In this document: positions 9,353 through 20,998 of the stretch, piece after piece | Layout: every line of letters begins with the position of its first letter | How positions within the stretch are numbered: the stretch's first letter is position 1 | DNA from: an uncultured Eubacterium sp. | Lineage (GTDB): Bacteria > Bacillota > Clostridia > Lachnospirales > Lachnospiraceae | NCBI GenBank assembly: GCA_902475415.1 | Contig: CABRZK010000001.1 | Location: 1 to 63,092, forward strand | Direction: 5' to 3' | DNA: 63,092 bases | Program-made: the position numbers and the translations under genes | The notes under the pieces: model-generated | What the model was told of the DNA's origin: nothing | What the model saw: the letters and a program-made list of their open reading frames with translations, nothing else | Database searches by the model: none

Positions 9353-10237
9353 CTAATAACCAAAATTTACATGTCCCTGCAGCCAGATACGACCTTTGAA
9401 ACGACGTCCTACTGCCGGTTCTCCAAGTAAATCTTTCTGATTGATACAGACATCGAAAATCAGATTATTGCAGTTGAGATTTAAAATCCACAATTTTTCA
9501 TTCGTCAGAGTATTTTCAGTCTCATAAAAGCTGAGAATTTCGCCCAGAACTACATACTGATCACTTTCAATACCATACGGAATAAAACTGCTCTCTACAA
9601 TGGAAAGCACATCTTCTTTCATGACTCGTCTGGAAAGAGAGGAATACAGATCCATATCATTCATGGTCAGATTTTCCATTGCTCCTTTATTACCGTCCCT
9701 GGCCTGTTTCATCAGGGATAAACGTTTTTCAGAAGATTTCTCTTTGTTCGCAAGCAGTTTACTTGTTTTCATAACTGGCAGCAGAATTTTGCCACCAGTA
9801 GCCAGACCGGCTAACACGGCATTTTTCGGACCATGTGTGTGTAATGCATATTTTTTTTCATGAAGGATATCTGCGATGTTTTCAATGTAAAAAATCAGTG
9901 TAACTCCAAGCTTCAGCTCATCACAGATACCGGCAAAGGCTTCCCGACCGGCATGGCGCTCAATTTCGATGGTTTCATTTGTAGTCACCTGAGAACCACG
10001 CAGATATGGATAATAATATTCCATGCGGAATTCTTTGGCATTAATGAAATTTCCACATACGGTTAGGCCGATATCGGTACCAAAATTTCTGGAAAAAGAT
10101 GCGAATTCGTTTCCGTATTCATCTTCTACGACGGACTGTTCATCCGGACGATTCAGAATGGATTCCAGTACGGGATATAATTCAGCATTTTTTGTAAGAT
10201 CACGAAATCCAATCGATCTTGAAAATGTATGTATCAT
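9353..10237 (-). CDS. Conserved hypothetical protein (DUF3881-like)
   Basis: 294 aa; RSIGF N-terminus, C-terminal GEPAVGRRFKG..WLQG; position downstream of parB typical of this lineage. Confidence 0.75.
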   Translation of the reverse strand: MIHTFSRSIGFRDLTKNAELYPVLESILNRPDEQSVVEDEYGNEFASFSRNFGTDIGLTVCGNFINAKEFRMEYYYPYLRGSQVTTNETIEIERHAGREAFAGICDELKLGVTLIFYIENIADILHEKKYALHTHGPKNAVLAGLATGGKILLPVMKTSKLLANKEKSSEKRLSLMKQARDGNKGAMENLTMNDMDLYSSLSRRVMKEDVLSIVESSFIPYGIESDQYVVLGEILSFYETENTLTNEKLWILNLNCNNLIFDVCINQKDLLGEPAVGRRFKGRIWLQGHVNFGY

Positions 10238-10240
10238 AGA

Positions 10241-10768
10241 TTATTTTCCCTGTTCATAAGTGTCTTCTAATGCCATTTCGAGAGCCTCTTTTTCTTCCTC
10301 GGCAAGCATAATTACAGAATGACCATCAATGATTTCTTTGATATAAGTGTAGCAACCCTCTCTGCTGTGCATTGCGTTGATAATAAAACCGTTATTTTTA
10401 CGATTAAGTAATGCCAGAGAGAAAGATAATTTTCCGCCCATTTCATTAAAGGCGTCGTATTTTACAAGTCCTACTTTCTGATAGGTATTATCCAGATGAT
10501 TTAATACCATTTGAACTTTTGCCTGAGTCTCCTCGTCGGAAGCAATCAGTTCATCGACCTGATTCAGACGTTTCACTAAGGTATCTTCCAGAGAGGCCGC
10601 ATTTTTGCCACTCATAAATGCTTCGTAACGTTTTTTTAATTTTCGCATTTTGACTCCGTTTACGATCATAATAATAATCAGAATCAAAACAAGTGCTGCC
10701 AGACCGCATGTGATTACATCAAGGCTGATGCCGGTCAGGTCTTCAATGTGTAATTTTAAATAGTCCAC
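10241..10768 (-). CDS. Membrane-anchored conserved protein (DUF4446-like)
   Basis: N-terminal TM helix; VKYDAF..GGKLSFSLALL, SREGCYTYIKEI; follows parB. Confidence 0.8.
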   Translation of the reverse strand: MDYLKLHIEDLTGISLDVITCGLAALVLILIIIMIVNGVKMRKLKKRYEAFMSGKNAASLEDTLVKRLNQVDELIASDEETQAKVQMVLNHLDNTYQKVGLVKYDAFNEMGGKLSFSLALLNRKNNGFIINAMHSREGCYTYIKEIIDGHSVIMLAEEEKEALEMALEDTYEQGK

Positions 10769-10806
10769 TTATTTGTCCTCGCTTGTTTTCGGGTTGTGTT
10801 TGTAAG

Positions 10807-11745
10807 TTACTGAATACTTTGAATTAGCTCAATCAGACGATTTAACTCGTCCTGTGAGTAATATTCAATTTCGATTTTCCCTTTTTGATCATTTTTTTGA
10901 TGAATTTCGACTTTAGTGCCAAAGATTCGTTTCATCTGATCAGCCAGATCTGCGTAAATAGCAGATAATACTGGATCCTGCTCCTGTTTCTTTTTCTCAG
11001 GCGTTTCTTTTTCCTGTAATAATTTTCTGACCAGCTTCTCTGTTTCACGGACACTGAGCTTTTCGTCAAAAATACGAAGAGCTAGCTGATGCTGCAGTTC
11101 CTGATCTTCGATGCTGATCAGGCAACGTGCGTGACCTGTGGAAATCATTTCGTCGATAACCATCTGCTGAACCTGTTTGGATAATTTTAGTAAACGCATA
11201 GAGTTTGTTACTGCTGTTCTGCTTTTTGATACACGCTCAGCTATTTCATCCTGCTTTAAGTGGAATTCTTCCATCAGTTTTCGGAAGGCCTGTGCTTCTT
11301 CAATTGGATTCAGATTTTCACGCTGGATGTTTTCAATCAGAGAAATTTCTACAATCTGCTGTTCTGTCAGATCACGGATTATGACAGGTACTTCTTTTAA
11401 ACCGGCAAGTTTTGCGGCTCTCCAACGACGTTCTCCGGCAATGATTTCGTAATAATCTTTCTTCTTTTGCACTAATAATGGCTGTAAGATACCATATTGT
11501 TTGATTGATTCTGCCAGTTCGAGAAGACCGTCTTCATCGAAGTGTTTTCGCGGCTGTTCGCGATTTGGTTCTATCTGAGATAGTTTTACCAGAGTGTCTG
11601 GTGTTTCGGAAACTTCTTTTTTGGCTGTTTTCTTTTTTGTTGTTGTGTTATTGCTGGTCTCTTTGGCGGGCGTGTGGTCCGCACCTACTTTATTTACGAG
11701 AAGGGAATCCAATCCCTTTCCGAGTCCACCTTTTTTGGCTGCCAT
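10807..11745 (-). CDS. parB: Chromosome partitioning protein ParB/Spo0J
   Basis: GLGKGLDSLL, QPRKHF, IIAGERRWRA, ENIQRENL, HTH. Confidence 0.96.
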   Translation of the reverse strand: MAAKKGGLGKGLDSLLVNKVGADHTPAKETSNNTTTKKKTAKKEVSETPDTLVKLSQIEPNREQPRKHFDEDGLLELAESIKQYGILQPLLVQKKKDYYEIIAGERRWRAAKLAGLKEVPVIIRDLTEQQIVEISLIENIQRENLNPIEEAQAFRKLMEEFHLKQDEIAERVSKSRTAVTNSMRLLKLSKQVQQMVIDEMISTGHARCLISIEDQELQHQLALRIFDEKLSVRETEKLVRKLLQEKETPEKKKQEQDPVLSAIYADLADQMKRIFGTKVEIHQKNDQKGKIEIEYYSQDELNRLIELIQSIQ

Positions 11746-11748
11746 ATG

Positions 11749-12516
11749 TTAATCGTCCTCTCTGTCAATTACTTCCTGTGCAAGTAAGCGGTAACTCTCT
11801 GCACCGGTTGATTTACTGTCATATACGTTGATTGGTTTTCCATGACTTGGGGCTTCTGCAAGACGAACATTTCTCGGAATGATCGTTTTGTAGATGGTTG
11901 TGTCCAGATTCTCTTTGACATTTTCAACAACCTGAAGTGACAGATTTGTACGGGCGTCATACATGGTAAATACAACACCTTCCATATGCAGGTCAGGATT
12001 CAGACGTTCCTGAACCAGATTAATGGTATACATGAGCTGTGAAAGCCCCTCCAGGGCATAATATTCACACTGAATCGGCACCAGAACGGTTGATGCGGTC
12101 GTCATAGCGTTTACAGTCAACATATTTAAGGAAGGAGGACAATCAATGATAATGAAATCATAGTCATCTTTTACTTTTTCAATTTCATTGCGTAATACAT
12201 ATTCTCGATTCTCTACGCTCAATAATTCAATCTCGGCTCCGGCCAAATTTACATTAGAAGGAATCAAATCCAGAAAATCAAATTCTGTATGTACTCTTGC
12301 TTCTTCAAAACTGCATTCACCTAAAATCAATTGATAAATGGTATTTTCACAATTGTTTTTGTCCACACCTAATCCACTTGTAGTATTGCCCTGCGGATCC
12401 ATATCGATGGTGAGTACTTTTTTCTCTGCTTCTGCTAAACATGCGGAAAGATTGATGGCCGTAGTTGTCTTTCCGACACCGCCCTTCTGATTTGCAATAG
12501 CGATAATTCTTCCCAT
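11749..12516 (-). CDS. parA: Chromosome partitioning ATPase ParA/Soj
   Basis: NQKGGVGKTT deviant Walker A, DPQGN, IDCPPSL, IPRNVRLAEAPS; start at MGRII. Confidence 0.96.
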   Translation of the reverse strand: MGRIIAIANQKGGVGKTTTAINLSACLAEAEKKVLTIDMDPQGNTTSGLGVDKNNCENTIYQLILGECSFEEARVHTEFDFLDLIPSNVNLAGAEIELLSVENREYVLRNEIEKVKDDYDFIIIDCPPSLNMLTVNAMTTASTVLVPIQCEYYALEGLSQLMYTINLVQERLNPDLHMEGVVFTMYDARTNLSLQVVENVKENLDTTIYKTIIPRNVRLAEAPSHGKPINVYDSKSTGAESYRLLAQEVIDREDD

Positions 12517-12687
12517 ACTTTTCCTCATTCCTGATTTATTTATACTCCTGTCTCTTTATATCCTCAAAAAAAATTATTACATAAAATAATATAACAATAG
12601 ATTTGAATAAATTATATTTAAAGAGATATAGTGAGTTACTTTAATGAGTATAGCACTTTTTAAATTATATATCCAGAGAAAAAAGAA

Positions 12688-12703
12688 TGTTTCACGTGAA
12701 ACA
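12688..12703. promoter_or_regulatory. parS site
   Basis: TGTTTCACGTGAAACA. Confidence 0.92.
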
Positions 12704-12753
12704 TAGGCGAAATAGAAGTAAAAAATATAAGAGTAAAAAAGATGTGATAGAAA

Positions 12754-12769
12754 TGTTTCACGTGAAACA
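12754..12769. promoter_or_regulatory. parS site
   Basis: TGTTTCACGTGAAACA. Confidence 0.92.
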
Positions 12770-12820
12770 TAAATAAGATAAAAAGATCAGAATTGTGAGA
12801 ACTCAAAATAGAATTGCGAA

Positions 12821-12836
12821 TGTTTCACGTGAAACA
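12821..12836. promoter_or_regulatory. parS site
   Basis: TGTTTCACGTGAAACA. Confidence 0.92.
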
Positions 12837-13034
12837 TTTTGATAAATATGTCAATCTATCATAAGTACTTTAATGAAATTGACAAAAAAATGTTTGTATC
12901 TGGACTTTCTATGGATTATAATATAGATAGATATTGGATAAAATAATATCGATTGTGTTGGGAAAACCAACAAACATAAATATGATCTGCAGGAATTATT
13001 TTGAATTGCAGATTGAAATGAAAGGGGTTTATTG

Positions 13035-13982
13035 ATGAAAAAACATATTAAGAATTCAGCATTGCTGCTATGTATTGTGTCCGGTCTGATTATTATTATA
13101 AACAAACTGATCAGTGTTTTTTCACATATGACAGATTATTTGCCAAGCGGTGGGAAATATTATCATTGGAAATATGGAAACATTTATTATACGAAAAATG
13201 GAAAAGGAAAACCAATCCTGTTAATTCATGATCTGGATCCTACTGCTTCTTCTTATGAATGGAAAGCGGTGATTAAGAAGCTGGCAGAAAATCATACTGT
13301 ATATGCAATTGATTTATTAGGTTGTGGACGATCTGAAAAACCAAATATGACATACACGAATTATCTGTATGTACAGTTATTAAATGAATTTATTCCAACT
13401 GTAATTGGAGAAAAGGCAGATGTTATTGCGACAGGAGATTCCCTTTCTTTTGTGGTGATGGGATGTCAGATGGATTCGAAGTACTATGATCATATTATCG
13501 GTGTATGCCCGACAGATCTGTATGAACTGGCTAAAGCTCCGGGACGTAGGAAAAATATGCTGAAATTCCTGATTGAGCTTCCGATTATAGGAACGTTCAT
13601 TTACAATATGGCAGTCAGCAAGAACCAGATTATGGATGCCTTTGTAAATAATTATTATTACAAAGGACATCTGGTTTCACAGAAAACGATTCAGACATAT
13701 TATCAGGCAGCGCATATTGGTGATGGCGGTGGAAAATATCTGTTGGCAAGTATCAAAAGTTATTATACCAATATTAATATCGTGTCTGCGATTAAAAAGA
13801 TCAACAACAGTATTTGTCTGATCGGTGGAAAAGAACATCCATTTATCGAAGATGTGATTAATGATTACAAAGAATTTAATCCGGCGATTGAAGATGCTTA
13901 CATTCCAAATACAACCTGTCTTCCACAGATGGAAGCACCAGATAAATTTGTGAACTTAGTAAACATTGTTCTTCACAATTAA
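13035..13982 (+). CDS. Alpha/beta-hydrolase fold protein with N-terminal membrane anchor
   Basis: GKGKPILLIHD, YAIDLLGCGRSEKP; no clear GxSxG nucleophile elbow. Confidence 0.85.
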   Translation: MKKHIKNSALLLCIVSGLIIIINKLISVFSHMTDYLPSGGKYYHWKYGNIYYTKNGKGKPILLIHDLDPTASSYEWKAVIKKLAENHTVYAIDLLGCGRSEKPNMTYTNYLYVQLLNEFIPTVIGEKADVIATGDSLSFVVMGCQMDSKYYDHIIGVCPTDLYELAKAPGRRKNMLKFLIELPIIGTFIYNMAVSKNQIMDAFVNNYYYKGHLVSQKTIQTYYQAAHIGDGGGKYLLASIKSYYTNINIVSAIKKINNSICLIGGKEHPFIEDVINDYKEFNPAIEDAYIPNTTCLPQMEAPDKFVNLVNIVLHN

Positions 13983-14027
13983 ATATGATTATCTTGCAGG
14001 ATAAATGTAATAAAAAGGACATCTGAA

Positions 14028-14043
14028 TGTTTCACGTGAAACA
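14028..14043. promoter_or_regulatory. parS site at the centre of a 48-bp perfect palindrome (14012-14059)
   Basis: AAAAAGGACATCTGAA-TGTTTCACGTGAAACA-TTCAGATGTCCTTTTT. Confidence 0.92.
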
Positions 14044-14200
14044 TTCAGATGTCCTTTTTTAGATTTACTATTGCTACTTAAAGCTATTACCTATGAAACA
14101 GATTTTATGCTTGTATAAACATAATCTTATGGTATGGCGTTAAAGTTTTGCATAAATAAATAATTCCATATCGTGCAATGCAGATACTTTTTATAAAAAA

Positions 14201-14929
14201 TTACTTTAGTGGTAACTTGGCCGGTGTCCCAGCTTTTCTTGGGTATTTCCTTGGTGTGTCTTTTACTTTTTTTATACAAACGAATGCCCGTCCAAGATCA
14301 GAATCAGGAAGTTCAAATTTATCAACTTTTTCCAGTTTACCACCGAGAATAGAAATTGCCTTTTTAGCTTCCTGAATCTCAGTGTCTGAATCTGCTGATT
14401 TATAAGATACAAACATACCACCTTTGACTACAAATGGCAGACAATATTCTGTCAGCACAGCCAGATTGGAAACGGCACGTGAGACACAGAGATCGTACTG
14501 CTGTCTGTATGTTGCATTAGCGGCCATCTCCTCTGCTCTTCCGTGTATTGCGGTAACGTTTTCCAAACGAAGTGCATCAATGACTTCATTTAAAAAATTA
14601 ATTCGTTTATTCAATGAGTCCATTAAAGTGATTTCCAGGTTTGAAAATGCAATTTTTAACGGAATTCCAGGAAAACCGGCGCCGGTTCCCAGATCAATGA
14701 TGGCAAGATTTCGTTCAGCCAGATCAGGAATCACGCGAATCAGGGAAAGGCTGTCCAGAAAATGTTTTTGGATGACTTCTTCAAATTCAGTAATTCCGGT
14801 AAGATTCATGACTTTATTTTTCTCAACCAGCATTTCATAGTATTGTAAAAACTGTTGTATCTGTTCGTCTGTGAGAGACACATTTAATTCTTCCAGACCA
14901 TGTTTGAAATTTGTCAGATCATAACTCAT
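14201..14929 (-). CDS. rsmG: 16S rRNA m7G527 methyltransferase
   Basis: MNLTGI, KHFLDSL, DLGTGAGFPG, SRAV, YPRKAG. Confidence 0.96.
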   Translation of the reverse strand: MSYDLTNFKHGLEELNVSLTDEQIQQFLQYYEMLVEKNKVMNLTGITEFEEVIQKHFLDSLSLIRVIPDLAERNLAIIDLGTGAGFPGIPLKIAFSNLEITLMDSLNKRINFLNEVIDALRLENVTAIHGRAEEMAANATYRQQYDLCVSRAVSNLAVLTEYCLPFVVKGGMFVSYKSADSDTEIQEAKKAISILGGKLEKVDKFELPDSDLGRAFVCIKKVKDTPRKYPRKAGTPAKLPLK

Positions 14930-14932
14930 AGC

Positions 14933-16840
14933 TTATTTATCCTGTTCATCTTTATGCTTTTGCTGATAATGTAACTGTTCCAGGTATACTAAAATGACAG
15001 AAATATCTGCCGGTGATACACCGGAAATACGGGAAGCCTGACCGATGGAAATTGGCTGGTAGAGATTTAATTTCTGCTGAGCCTCCATGCGCAGACCACT
15101 GATTTGATTGTAATCAAAGTTTGGTGGCAGTTTTTTGCTTTCCAGCTTTTTAAACTGTTTTACCTGTTTGATCTGGCGTTTGATATATCCGTCATATTTG
15201 ATGTTGATATTTACCTGCTCACAGACATCCGGAGTCAGTTCCGGACGTTCAGGGTCTATCGGAGCAAGAATATCATAATTTAATTCCGGACGGCGAATCA
15301 GTTCCGCAAGGGTGGTTCCGGTATTTAATGGCTGGCTGTTATACTGAGCCATCAGCTCCTGAACCGGACCGGAGGCACCGAGATGTACATTTTCTACACG
15401 CTGGACTTCCTGTTCGATCAACTGCTCTTTTTTCACCACATAATCATAACGTTCCTGGGAAATAAGCCCTACGTCGTATCCATGCCGGGTCAGACGCAGG
15501 TCAGCATTATCCTGACGAAGCAACAGTCTGTACTCAGCGCGGGAGGTCATCATACGATACGGTTCATGATTTTCTTTTGTAACCAGATCATCGATTAATA
15601 CACCAATGTAGGACTCAGAACGATCCAGAATGAGGGGTTCTCTTCCTTTTACTTTCATGGCTGCATTGATACCTGCAATCAGTCCCTGGGCGGCAGCTTC
15701 TTCATATCCGGAACTTCCGTTGAACTGTCCACCACTGAACAGACCGGAGATTTCTTTGAACTCCAGAGAAGGATAAAGTTGTCTCGGGTTGATACAGTCA
15801 TACTCAATTGCGTAGGCATTTCTTACAATCTTGACATGCTCCAGACCAGGTACAGTATGGTACATGGCGTACTGTACATCTTCCGGCAAGGAACTTGACA
15901 TACCGCCGATATACATTTCGTTTGTATGAATTCCCTCTGGTTCAATGAATACCTGATGGCGATCTTTGTCAGCAAATTTAACTACTTTGTCTTCGATAGA
16001 CGGACAGTAACGTGGTCCGGTTCCTTCGATCATTCCGGAAAAAAGCGGGGAACGATTCAGGTTTTCACGGATAATTTCGTGTGTTTTTTTGTTAGTGTAT
16101 GTTAACCAACAACTTACCTGATTAATCTGCACATCCTCCGGATTGGTTGTGAATGAAAACGGTACGACTCTCTCGTCACCAAGCTGCTCCTGCATTTTGG
16201 AAAAATCAACAGAGCGCTTGTCAATACGGGCCGGTGTACCGGTTTTAAAACGGAACATTTCCACTCCGTTTGCAACCAGGGAATCGGTCAGATGGTTGGC
16301 AGCCTGAAGACCGTTTGGACCGGTATGGTTGACTACGTCACCATAGAGACAACGGGCTTTCAGGTAAGTACCGGTACAGAGTACGACGGCTTTGGCATAA
16401 TATTCTGCGCCGGAAAATGTTTTTACACCGCGAATCTGTTTGTCTTCTACCATCAGTTCTGTTACTTCAGCCTGACGGAGTGTCAGATGATCCGTATTTT
16501 GCAGAACCTGTCTCATTCGTGCGCTGTAATCAGCTTTGTCAGCCTGTGCACGCAGAGAATGGACAGCAGGTCCTTTTGATTTATTTAGCATTTTAGACTG
16601 GATAAAGGTATGATCGATATTGACACCCATCTCACCGCCTAAAGCATCGATTTCACGTACCAGATGCCCCTTGGAGCTTCCTCCGATATTCGGGTTACAT
16701 GGCATCATGGCAACACTTTCGATACTGATGGTAAAAAGAATGGTTTCCAGTCCGAGTCTGGCACAGGCCAGAGCTGCTTCACAGCCTGCATGACCGGCAC
16801 CGACGATACAAACATCATAATTTTCTTTTACAACTGGCAT
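14933..16840 (-). CDS. mnmG: tRNA uridine-5-carboxymethylaminomethyl modification enzyme
   Basis: [39 protein letters not shown]. Confidence 0.97.
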   Translation of the reverse strand: MPVVKENYDVCIVGAGHAGCEAALACARLGLETILFTISIESVAMMPCNPNIGGSSKGHLVREIDALGGEMGVNIDHTFIQSKMLNKSKGPAVHSLRAQADKADYSARMRQVLQNTDHLTLRQAEVTELMVEDKQIRGVKTFSGAEYYAKAVVLCTGTYLKARCLYGDVVNHTGPNGLQAANHLTDSLVANGVEMFRFKTGTPARIDKRSVDFSKMQEQLGDERVVPFSFTTNPEDVQINQVSCWLTYTNKKTHEIIRENLNRSPLFSGMIEGTGPRYCPSIEDKVVKFADKDRHQVFIEPEGIHTNEMYIGGMSSSLPEDVQYAMYHTVPGLEHVKIVRNAYAIEYDCINPRQLYPSLEFKEISGLFSGGQFNGSSGYEEAAAQGLIAGINAAMKVKGREPLILDRSESYIGVLIDDLVTKENHEPYRMMTSRAEYRLLLRQDNADLRLTRHGYDVGLISQERYDYVVKKEQLIEQEVQRVENVHLGASGPVQELMAQYNSQPLNTGTTLAELIRRPELNYDILAPIDPERPELTPDVCEQVNINIKYDGYIKRQIKQVKQFKKLESKKLPPNFDYNQISGLRMEAQQKLNLYQPISIGQASRISGVSPADISVILVYLEQLHYQQKHKDEQDK

Positions 16841-16851
16841 ATATTTCTCCT

Positions 16852-18228
16852 TTATTTTCCCATACAGAACTTGCTGAAAATCTCGTTCACCAGATCTTCG
16901 CCAACAGATTCACCGATGATGGTTCCCAGTGTCTCATAGGCATTCATCATATCAATCGTAAAGAAATCTTCCGGCATTCCGTCATCAATGCTTTGCAGTA
17001 CCATGTTCAGACTGCTCTCTGCTTCTGTCAGCGCATTTTTATGACGGATATTGGTAATATATACTTCATTATTGAAGGAAAGCTTTCCGCTGAAAAACAT
17101 TTCTTCAATGAGATCTTCCAGTTCCTGAATGCCGGTGCGGTTTTTGGCAGAAATGGACAGAATCGGTTTGTCCAGACAGGTTTTCAGCTTTTCAGCGTCG
17201 ATTTTGCTATCCAGATCAGATTTGTTCAGCAGAACGATTGCTTTCTTATCCTGAATGGCTTCGATGATCTCCCTGTCATTTTCATCCAGCTCAGTGGAGG
17301 AATCCACTACATAAATGATCAGGTCTGCTTTTTCAATATATTCTCGGGACTTATTGACACCAATTTTTTCTACCACATCTTCGGTATCGCGAATGCCTGC
17401 GGTATCAATGACATTCAGTCCGATGCCGCCGATCTGAATCTGTTCCTGCAGGATATCTCTGGTGGTACCGGCAATCTCTGTAACGATGGCACGCTCCTCT
17501 CCTACCAGAATATTGAGCAGGGAGGATTTTCCGGCATTTGGTTTTCCTACGATTGCGGTATTGATGCCTTCTTTCAGCATCTTACCATTATCAGAGGAAT
17601 CCAGCAGTTTCTTTACTTTGGCATGTGCATCTGTCATGATCTCGTGCAACTGCTCCGGATATCCATCCAGGGATACGTGTTCCGGGTCATCCAGGGCAGA
17701 TTCAATAAAAGCAATCTCATGCAATACAACGGCACGGATATCTTTGATCTTTTCCAGAACGGCTCCCTGCAGCTGACTGACGGAACTTTTCAGTGCGAGT
17801 TCATTTTGTGCATTAATAACGTCGATGACGGATTCTGCCTGAGACAGGTCGATACGACCGTTTAAAAAGGCACGCTTGGTAAATTCTCCCGGTTCTGCCG
17901 GGCGGGCTCCATATTTTAAAACTGTTTCCAGTATTTTTTTCATAACCAGAACACCACCGTGACAGTCGATCTCGATGGTATCTTCGCAGGTATAACTGCG
18001 TGGTGCTTTCATGATCAGAAGCATAACTTCATCAACAACTTCATCACCATCAACCACATACCCATAATGGATGGTATGTGTCTCCATATCTGAAACCTTA
18101 CGGCTTCCTTTTTTTGGACGAAAAATGCGATCTGCAACTTCCAGGGCTTCATCACCACTGATGCGGACAATTCCAATACCGGAATTCGACATTGCTGTCG
18201 CAATCGCTGCAATTGTATCAGTCTTCAT
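16852..18228 (-). CDS. mnmE: tRNA modification GTPase
   Basis: [31 protein letters not shown]-terminal FCMGK. Confidence 0.97.
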   Translation of the reverse strand: MKTDTIAAIATAMSNSGIGIVRISGDEALEVADRIFRPKKGSRKVSDMETHTIHYGYVVDGDEVVDEVMLLIMKAPRSYTCEDTIEIDCHGGVLVMKKILETVLKYGARPAEPGEFTKRAFLNGRIDLSQAESVIDVINAQNELALKSSVSQLQGAVLEKIKDIRAVVLHEIAFIESALDDPEHVSLDGYPEQLHEIMTDAHAKVKKLLDSSDNGKMLKEGINTAIVGKPNAGKSSLLNILVGEERAIVTEIAGTTRDILQEQIQIGGIGLNVIDTAGIRDTEDVVEKIGVNKSREYIEKADLIIYVVDSSTELDENDREIIEAIQDKKAIVLLNKSDLDSKIDAEKLKTCLDKPILSISAKNRTGIQELEDLIEEMFFSGKLSFNNEVYITNIRHKNALTEAESSLNMVLQSIDDGMPEDFFTIDMMNAYETLGTIIGESVGEDLVNEIFSKFCMGK

Positions 18229-18399
18229 ATTTGCTCTTCATCTCTCTGTTCTTCTATAACGAAAATAAAACTTTCAAGAAAAAACTGAGAATAGACAACA
18301 TGGATTTAACGATATCTGCACTTGTGGTAAGATACAGAAAAATCATCTGCATCTGTCTCAGTTTTTTCCGAAAGTTTATGAAAATAAAATGATAAAAAT

Positions 18400-19029
18400 T
18401 TACTGTTTCTTTAATGTAATGACAACATGTCTGTAAGGTTCTTCGCCTTCGCTGTGTGTGGAAACATAGCGATCATTCTGCAAAGCAGAATGGATGACAC
18501 GTCTTTCGAAAGGATTCATTGGCTCCAGAGATACTGCCTTTTTGGTACGTTTTACTTTGTAAGCAATATTTTTTGCCAGGTTCTCAAGGGTATCTTTTCT
18601 TCTCTTACGGTAATCTTCCGTATCAAGTTTTACTCTGGTATATGTATCAGAGTGTTTGTTGATGGCAAGATTTGTAAGATACTGAAGAGAATCCAGTGTC
18701 TGACCTCGTTTGCCGATCAGCACACCCATTTCTGTACCTTTCAGTTCTACGTCATATACATTCTCTTCTTCTTCAGAAGCTTTGATCAGAATTTCAACTT
18801 CCAGTCCCATAGCTTCAAATACCTGGGAAAGGAACATTCTGATATGGTCTACAACGGTATATTTTTTGCGGGCTTTGATTTTTGCCGGTTTACTGTTGAA
18901 TCCAAGAAATCCTGAACTGCCTTTTTCCAGCACTTCATACTCAATCTGATCGCTTGTTACACCAAATTCGACCAGTGCATTTGTAAGTGCATCATCAACA
19001 GTTTTTCCTGTAAATTCGATAAAATCCAT
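18400..19029 (-). CDS. jag: RNA-binding protein Jag/EloR (KH and R3H domains)
   Basis: GKTVDDA Jag N-domain, LIGKRGQTLDSLQY, ERRVIH. Confidence 0.95.
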   Translation of the reverse strand: MDFIEFTGKTVDDALTNALVEFGVTSDQIEYEVLEKGSSGFLGFNSKPAKIKARKKYTVVDHIRMFLSQVFEAMGLEVEILIKASEEEENVYDVELKGTEMGVLIGKRGQTLDSLQYLTNLAINKHSDTYTRVKLDTEDYRKRRKDTLENLAKNIAYKVKRTKKAVSLEPMNPFERRVIHSALQNDRYVSTHSEGEEPYRHVVITLKKQ

Positions 19030-19042
19030 TACAATGCCCTCC

Positions 19043-20344
19043 CTATTTTGTATTTTTATTGTTGAAATCTTTTACAAGATTTGCTTTGGAAGCCATGCTT
19101 CCCTCTTTGTATTTCTTTCCAGTATCCTGCTTGATCTCTTTGTGAGAAACAGAAGCTGCTTTGTCAGCCATGGATTTGTACTGGATATTACGAGTATTTA
19201 CTTTGGCCGCGTTAGTAATCTGCTCACCAGCGACACCTTTTTTCTCGATTTTCTTTTTGTTCTTGGCTGCAGCTTTTGCCTGATTCTCTTTGATGACTTT
19301 TTCAAGATCCATCTTGTCAAAGTGTTTGTTCAACAGGAACTGCTGTAAGCTTCGGATCAGGGAACCGGCGATCCAGTAGATGCCGACACCGACTGGAAGG
19401 AAGAATACGATGAATACAGAGTATAATGGCATCATGTAGTTCATCATCTTCATCTGTCCTGCCATTGCTTCCTGCTGACCGCCGTTTGCTGCTGCCTGTG
19501 GCATCAGACGGATGTTCAGGAACTGAGTTAAAGCTGCCAGGATCGGTACGAGTAATGCAAGGATGATAAATAAATAATGTCCTTCGTGGAAGCTTGTACC
19601 AATAATTGTTTTCGGAGAGTATACGATACTGATTCCGAGGAAGTTGTTAAAATGCTCTACGGCAGACTGTGTACTTGCAATGACGTCGGATAATCCACTG
19701 AATTTATCCTGCAGTAATGCCCAGTTATTGCTGGTACATTTGTACAGTACGTCAATGATAGAGTCATGTGCCTGCTGCGCGGTACCTGAAAAATTCAGGG
19801 TGATACCACGGAATACAGAGTTTTTGTCCGAAACAGTAGTAAGGAAACTGTTCATTGTGTCCTGATATCCGCTGGTACCCATAATGCCGGTTACCAAGCT
19901 GTCAAATGTGTTTTTAACGCTTGTGATGTATGCCGGTACATTGTAGATAACACGATAGAGAGCAAACAGGATCGGGAGCTGGATGATCATAAAGATACAG
20001 CTTCCGGACGGAGATACACCGTATTTCTGATAAACGGCCTGAGTCTCCTCGTTCATTGCCTGAACGGATGCCTGATCTCTTCTGTTTTTATACTTTTTCT
20101 GAATTGCCTGAATCTCAGGATTCATAATCTGTGACATCTTTGAGAACTTCTGCTGTTTGTAGGTAAGCGGAAGTAAGCAAAGATAAATAACAATCGTAAA
20201 TACAATGATTGTCAGACCTACGTTCTGGATGTTTAAGAATTTATCCATAAACACGTAGATTGCATTCATAAGGTAACCAAGTACCTTTGCGATTGGTCCT
20301 AAAATCTTACCTGAATTCTGTGTAAGTAAAAATAAGGAATCCAT
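19043..20344 (-). CDS. yidC: Membrane protein insertase YidC/Oxa1
   Basis: LLPLTYKQQK, PEIQAIQKKY, QLPILFALY, GVGIYW; synteny. Confidence 0.93.
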   Translation of the reverse strand: MDSLFLLTQNSGKILGPIAKVLGYLMNAIYVFMDKFLNIQNVGLTIIVFTIVIYLCLLPLTYKQQKFSKMSQIMNPEIQAIQKKYKNRRDQASVQAMNEETQAVYQKYGVSPSGSCIFMIIQLPILFALYRVIYNVPAYITSVKNTFDSLVTGIMGTSGYQDTMNSFLTTVSDKNSVFRGITLNFSGTAQQAHDSIIDVLYKCTSNNWALLQDKFSGLSDVIASTQSAVEHFNNFLGISIVYSPKTIIGTSFHEGHYLFIILALLVPILAALTQFLNIRLMPQAAANGGQQEAMAGQMKMMNYMMPLYSVFIVFFLPVGVGIYWIAGSLIRSLQQFLLNKHFDKMDLEKVIKENQAKAAAKNKKKIEKKGVAGEQITNAAKVNTRNIQYKSMADKAASVSHKEIKQDTGKKYKEGSMASKANLVKDFNNKNTK

Positions 20345-20361
20345 CTGGTTGCCTCCTATAG

Positions 20362-20571
20362 TCATGGAACCGGATCGTATCCACCTTTGGAGAATGGATT
20401 ACAACGTAAAATGCGCCAGAGCGCAAGTAATCCGCCCTTCCATGCGCCATACTTCTCTACTGCTTCCAGCCCGTAGGTGGAACAGGTCGGATAATATGGA
20501 CATTTCGTGGTTTTCATTGGAGAAATATATTTACGATACCATTTTATTAAAAAAATCAATATTTTTTTCAA
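20362..20571 (-). CDS. yidD: Membrane protein insertion efficiency factor
   Basis: [30 protein letters not shown] start overlapping the rnpA stop. Confidence 0.92.
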   Translation of the reverse strand: MKKILIFLIKWYRKYISPMKTTKCPYYPTCSTYGLEAVEKYGAWKGGLLALWRILRCNPFSKGGYDPVP

Positions 20572-20930
20572 TGTGATTCCATCTTCTTTTCTTCGGGGTT
20601 CATGATTTTCTGAAGATGTCCCAAGTGCAGCAATGCGGATTCGATTTCGTGATATGATGCGTTTTTTGCGCCTGCCCTTGCGATGACTACAATGTCCCAA
20701 CCACTATGGAACATTTCTTCATGTAGTCTGTAACTTTCTCTTACTAATCGGGTAATGTGATGTCTTACGACACTGTTACCAACTTTTTTACTAACGGAAA
20801 TTCCTAATCTGTTTCTGTCCGAGTCATTTTTCAGTATATACATGACCAATAATCTGTTTGCATAAGATTTTCCTTCCCGGTATACTGTCCGGAAGTCACT
20901 GTTTTTCTTTAATGATTCTGAAAAATGCAT
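20568..20930 (-). CDS. rnpA: Ribonuclease P protein component
   Basis: [24 protein letters not shown]. Confidence 0.95.
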   Translation of the reverse strand: MHFSESLKKNSDFRTVYREGKSYANRLLVMYILKNDSDRNRLGISVSKKVGNSVVRHHITRLVRESYRLHEEMFHSGWDIVVIARAGAKNASYHEIESALLHLGHLQKIMNPEEKKMESH

Positions 20931-20998
20931 GGTTTCCTGTCCTCTGATTTCACAACAATTTGTCTAAAAAGAGAAGAAAAGACCACAAACGTTGTGGC

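Noticed and set aside
16993..17865. Long antisense ORFs (also 26226-26945 and 54715-55506)
   Set aside because: Shadow frames of well-supported genes on the opposite strand.
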